Source: the human T2T-CHM13v2.0 reference genome, Homo sapiens
DNA: 64,000 nt
Assembly (NCBI RefSeq): GCF_009914755.1
Contig: NC_060929.1
Reading direction: 5' to 3' (one strand)
Shown here piece by piece: positions 58,271-64,000 of this stretch. Numbering within the stretch: the stretch's first letter is position 1; each line of letters begins with the position of its first letter. A model generated the notes under the pieces. The model worked only from the letters and a program-made list of their open reading frames with translations, did no database searches and was not told where the DNA came from. A program made the position numbers and the translations under genes.

Positions 58271-59867
58271 CTATCCTACTTACAAAAATTGCTCAAAGAG
58301 AGATGCATTTCCAAAGATGATCTCATTGCTATGAGAATAAAGTAAGTGATAGCAACTTTAATTCATTTTTAATAGTCTTCAAGAAAATGGTATGTCTTGA
58401 CATAAGCCTATACCTCTGTTTCGGTGGGAAACCTGATTCCTTTTGTTACTCTATACCTCTGTGCATCAGGATTTAAGCACATGTTGCAATAAAATAAGTG
58501 AAAAATTACTGGATATTAAAATAAAAGGGGATATCAAAGTCAAAGGCCATTCTGAAATTACAACTTTACTTCGTATTATGGGCAATAAGAGTACCCTTCC
58601 CTATATATTTCACTTTGAAAAAAATTATATGTATATTTTGAAAGTTGCCTTTACATTTGTATTAAAGGAAATGAAATTTGGCAACATTGTTTTTACATTT
58701 AAGATTATGAAAGGGATACATTTCTATTACAATAAAATCAATTGCATACAAAATTTTATGTATCTATGGTCATCACCTAATAATAGCTGCTCAGTGGTTC
58801 CTGTAATTGCTGTCCTTGCCTGCATTCTAATGTAACAGCAGTTCACTTAGTTTCTGAATCCCATAGACATAATGCCACATGGTTCTAATTAACAAATAAC
58901 CTTCTGGCAAAATCACTCAAAGGGCTTCTCATTAGTGATCAGAGAAGAATCTTCCATTTTATTCAGAGCTGTGTTTGGGATTCTAGAAATTTAATTGGAT
59001 TGCACAGGTTCATCTTACAAGAATTGTACTTTTCTCTAACAGACACTCTTATCTCTAACATGCTTATAATCTCATCTCATCTTACTAATTATTTAATTTT
59101 AGAAGATTCTAGATTCATAGTAATTATAACAAATCGGAGGTACAGGTTTGATCATTCCTTGCATGATTTAGCAGTCACTGAACTGTCTATTCTTTGTTCT
59201 TCTATCATTTTCAGAGTTAAAAAAGACTCCAAAGTAATTGGATAACACAATTATTCTTTTTTTATCCTTCTTTCTATACTAATGAATAGTTCAGACACAC
59301 AAAAAGGCATAAAAACAGAAATATAACAAAACTCATATAACTACCACTTAGTTTAAAAAAATTACTAAGTCTTTTTTTTCTTCCTAATTTAGAGAAAGAG
59401 TAAAGGCAGCAATATTGAGTAAAATTATTGTACTGCATATCAAACACAAAAGCAGAATCTTAAATGGAATGTATTATTTGCTCTTTACAAGGTAAATGTT
59501 CCCAGTGAACTAACAGCTAGCCTTAGTTATTGTGAAAAAGTATGATACTGTTGAATAAGACTACAACCAATACATCCCTAAAATAATTAAACACAAATGA
59601 AGAAAAAAGGTTCTCTTGCAAAATTAACTTCACTGCACCTATATAATACAGTTTTGAGGTAAATTATGTTATGAATTAAAAAGGGGACATTACTCTGCTG
59701 ATGTGTGAATACACATGAAATAAAGAAAACAGGTGCGGCTACTGGCATAGTTATGAAAATCCTATTTGTTATACTTTTACTTTCTTGTAGGGGACAGATT
59801 GGTGAAGTAAATGATGTGGAAGACTACAATCCCTGCATATTTTACGCCTTTAAAATTGGTATGAATC

Positions 59868-60274
<407 letters not shown>

Positions 60275-60299
60275 CTAATTTCAAAGATTTCCATTTGGG

Positions 60300-62400
<2,101 letters not shown>

Positions 62401-62822
62401 TATGGCTACAAGACAAGACATGACACTCATTGAGGAGGATATTTTTAACAGAGAATAAATCATTCGGAGATTTTTTTGAAAGTGATTGTGCTTGGGAAAC
62501 AAAATACCTTGAGAACTGAAGCTCCAAGACAGCAAAGACAGCCATATTATTTAACTCATTTTGGTATGCATAACTATTAGCTAGCAATTCTTTTTTTGAA
62601 CAGATTCTCTTTACCAATCACAAAAACCTGTATGTGAATAAAACTAATTTAGCAACTATCATGTAACCACTGAAATTGTGCTTTTGTGGCAATTAGTTTG
62701 GCTTATCATGTCTACTTAAGAACAAGTTGAATGTTACGAGTAACGACAAATATTAAATATGCATGCACGGCATGCTTTGAAAAATTCAAGATAAATTGAC
62801 TCTAAGTAATAAAAAAAATGAG

Positions 62823-63213
62823 CTTAGTACTTTGCTAGCACTGCCATAACCAAGTACCATAGTCTGAGTGGTTTAAACAACAGAACTTTATTTTGTCACA
62901 GTTCTGCAGGCTGAAATTCCAAGATCAGAGTTTCAGTAGATTTGGTTTCTTCCGAGACCTCTCTCTTTGGCTTGCAGATGGCCACCTTTTTGTTGTGTTC
63001 TCACACAGTCTTTTCTCTGTGCTCACACATCACTGGTATCTTTTCTATTTCCTATAAGGATTGGGCCCAACTGGCTTAGGGCCCAACCCATTTTACCTCA
63101 GTTAAACTTAATTACATCTTTAAAGTCCCAATTTCCAAATACAGTAACTTTGGAGGCTAGGGCTACAAGATATGTATTTGGTGTGCAGGGAGGGTACAAT
63201 TTTGTCTATAACA
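62823..63213 (-). mobile_element. MLT1B/C-like LTR
   Basis: ctgccataaccaagtaccatagtctgagtggtttaaacaacagaactttattttgtcacagttctg...tctataaca. Confidence 0.8.
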
Positions 63214-64000
63214 ATGAGGTTATTCCCATGGGTTTATTTTCCCTAGATTAGAGAGTCTTCTGTACATAATGGTAATTCTATCACTTACAAGTACAAATTC
63301 TGAGGCCTTCAAGCAAAATAGTAAGAATGAAGATTGTTTTCCTTTGCTTTACTGCTTCATCAATGTGTTTTGCCCACACGGTAACACACACTTCATATGC
63401 ACACACATATGCACACTTTCACACACACACATACACCTTACCTCTTTGGTCTAACTGGTAGTTGAATAAATTTCTGGATCTAGAGGTTGAGAAGTGGCAA
63501 TGAGAAATAATCAGTATTGGAAAAGAGAAGAAATAAAAAAAGAAAAAGAAAATAATCAAGAATAGGTTTCATCATATGCCCAAACTAAAGAAATGTAAGG
63601 TTTTTCTTTACAGCTCCTTGTCAAAGTATAAATCTGAAAAAAAATAATAATCACACAATAGTAAGCATATGTCATGATTTATGGAACTGGAAAGATGACA
63701 AAGCTATTTCCAAAGACATTTTGAAAACTGGCATTTTGTAATGTATAAAAAAGAAAATAAATTCTTAAATACATGATATTAGTTACAAAATTGGATGATT
63801 ATCTACAGGGTATAAAAATATCTTAATTTTTGATGTTATCTTCTCCAGTAGACCAATAAGAAAATCACTGCATCTTATCAGCTTTCTATAAGTTAGCTAC
63901 TGACTTTATAGAGGTAAGAAATGTCTAGACCTAAGCAATAGTAAATAGTATGTTAAACAAACTTACAAGTACCTAGAGAGTAAGATGACCTGAGGTGGGC

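Overview
AT-rich primate (human-like) genomic DNA, mostly intronic or intergenic and dense in interspersed repeats. No intact protein-coding gene can be identified; the long ORFs in the track are L1, ERVL or Alu remnants. Repeats include 12 Alus, several L1s, a THE1C-like solo LTR, a complete THE1A-like element, an HERV-H LTR7B/Y-like solo LTR, an MLT2A1-like solo LTR, MLT1 LTRs, ERVL gag-pro and integrase remnants, Tigger3, MADE2 and MIR. Subfamily names are from remembered consensus sequences, not a database search. Main observations: (1) a near-complete L1PA whose whole 5'UTR-ORF1 half is inverted by twin priming, so its antisense promoter and ORF0 face ORF2; (2) a 194-bp inverted copy of a locus-specific L1 inversion junction 1.1 kb away, with fold-back filler and microhomology, one of several apparent templated-repair scars; (3) two minus-strand micro-exon candidates (24 and 20 nt) and a candidate upstream exon near 20.2 kb, suggesting the 5' end of an unidentified minus-strand gene. 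I see no evidence of a wholly new biological system; these are unusual instances of known mechanisms.
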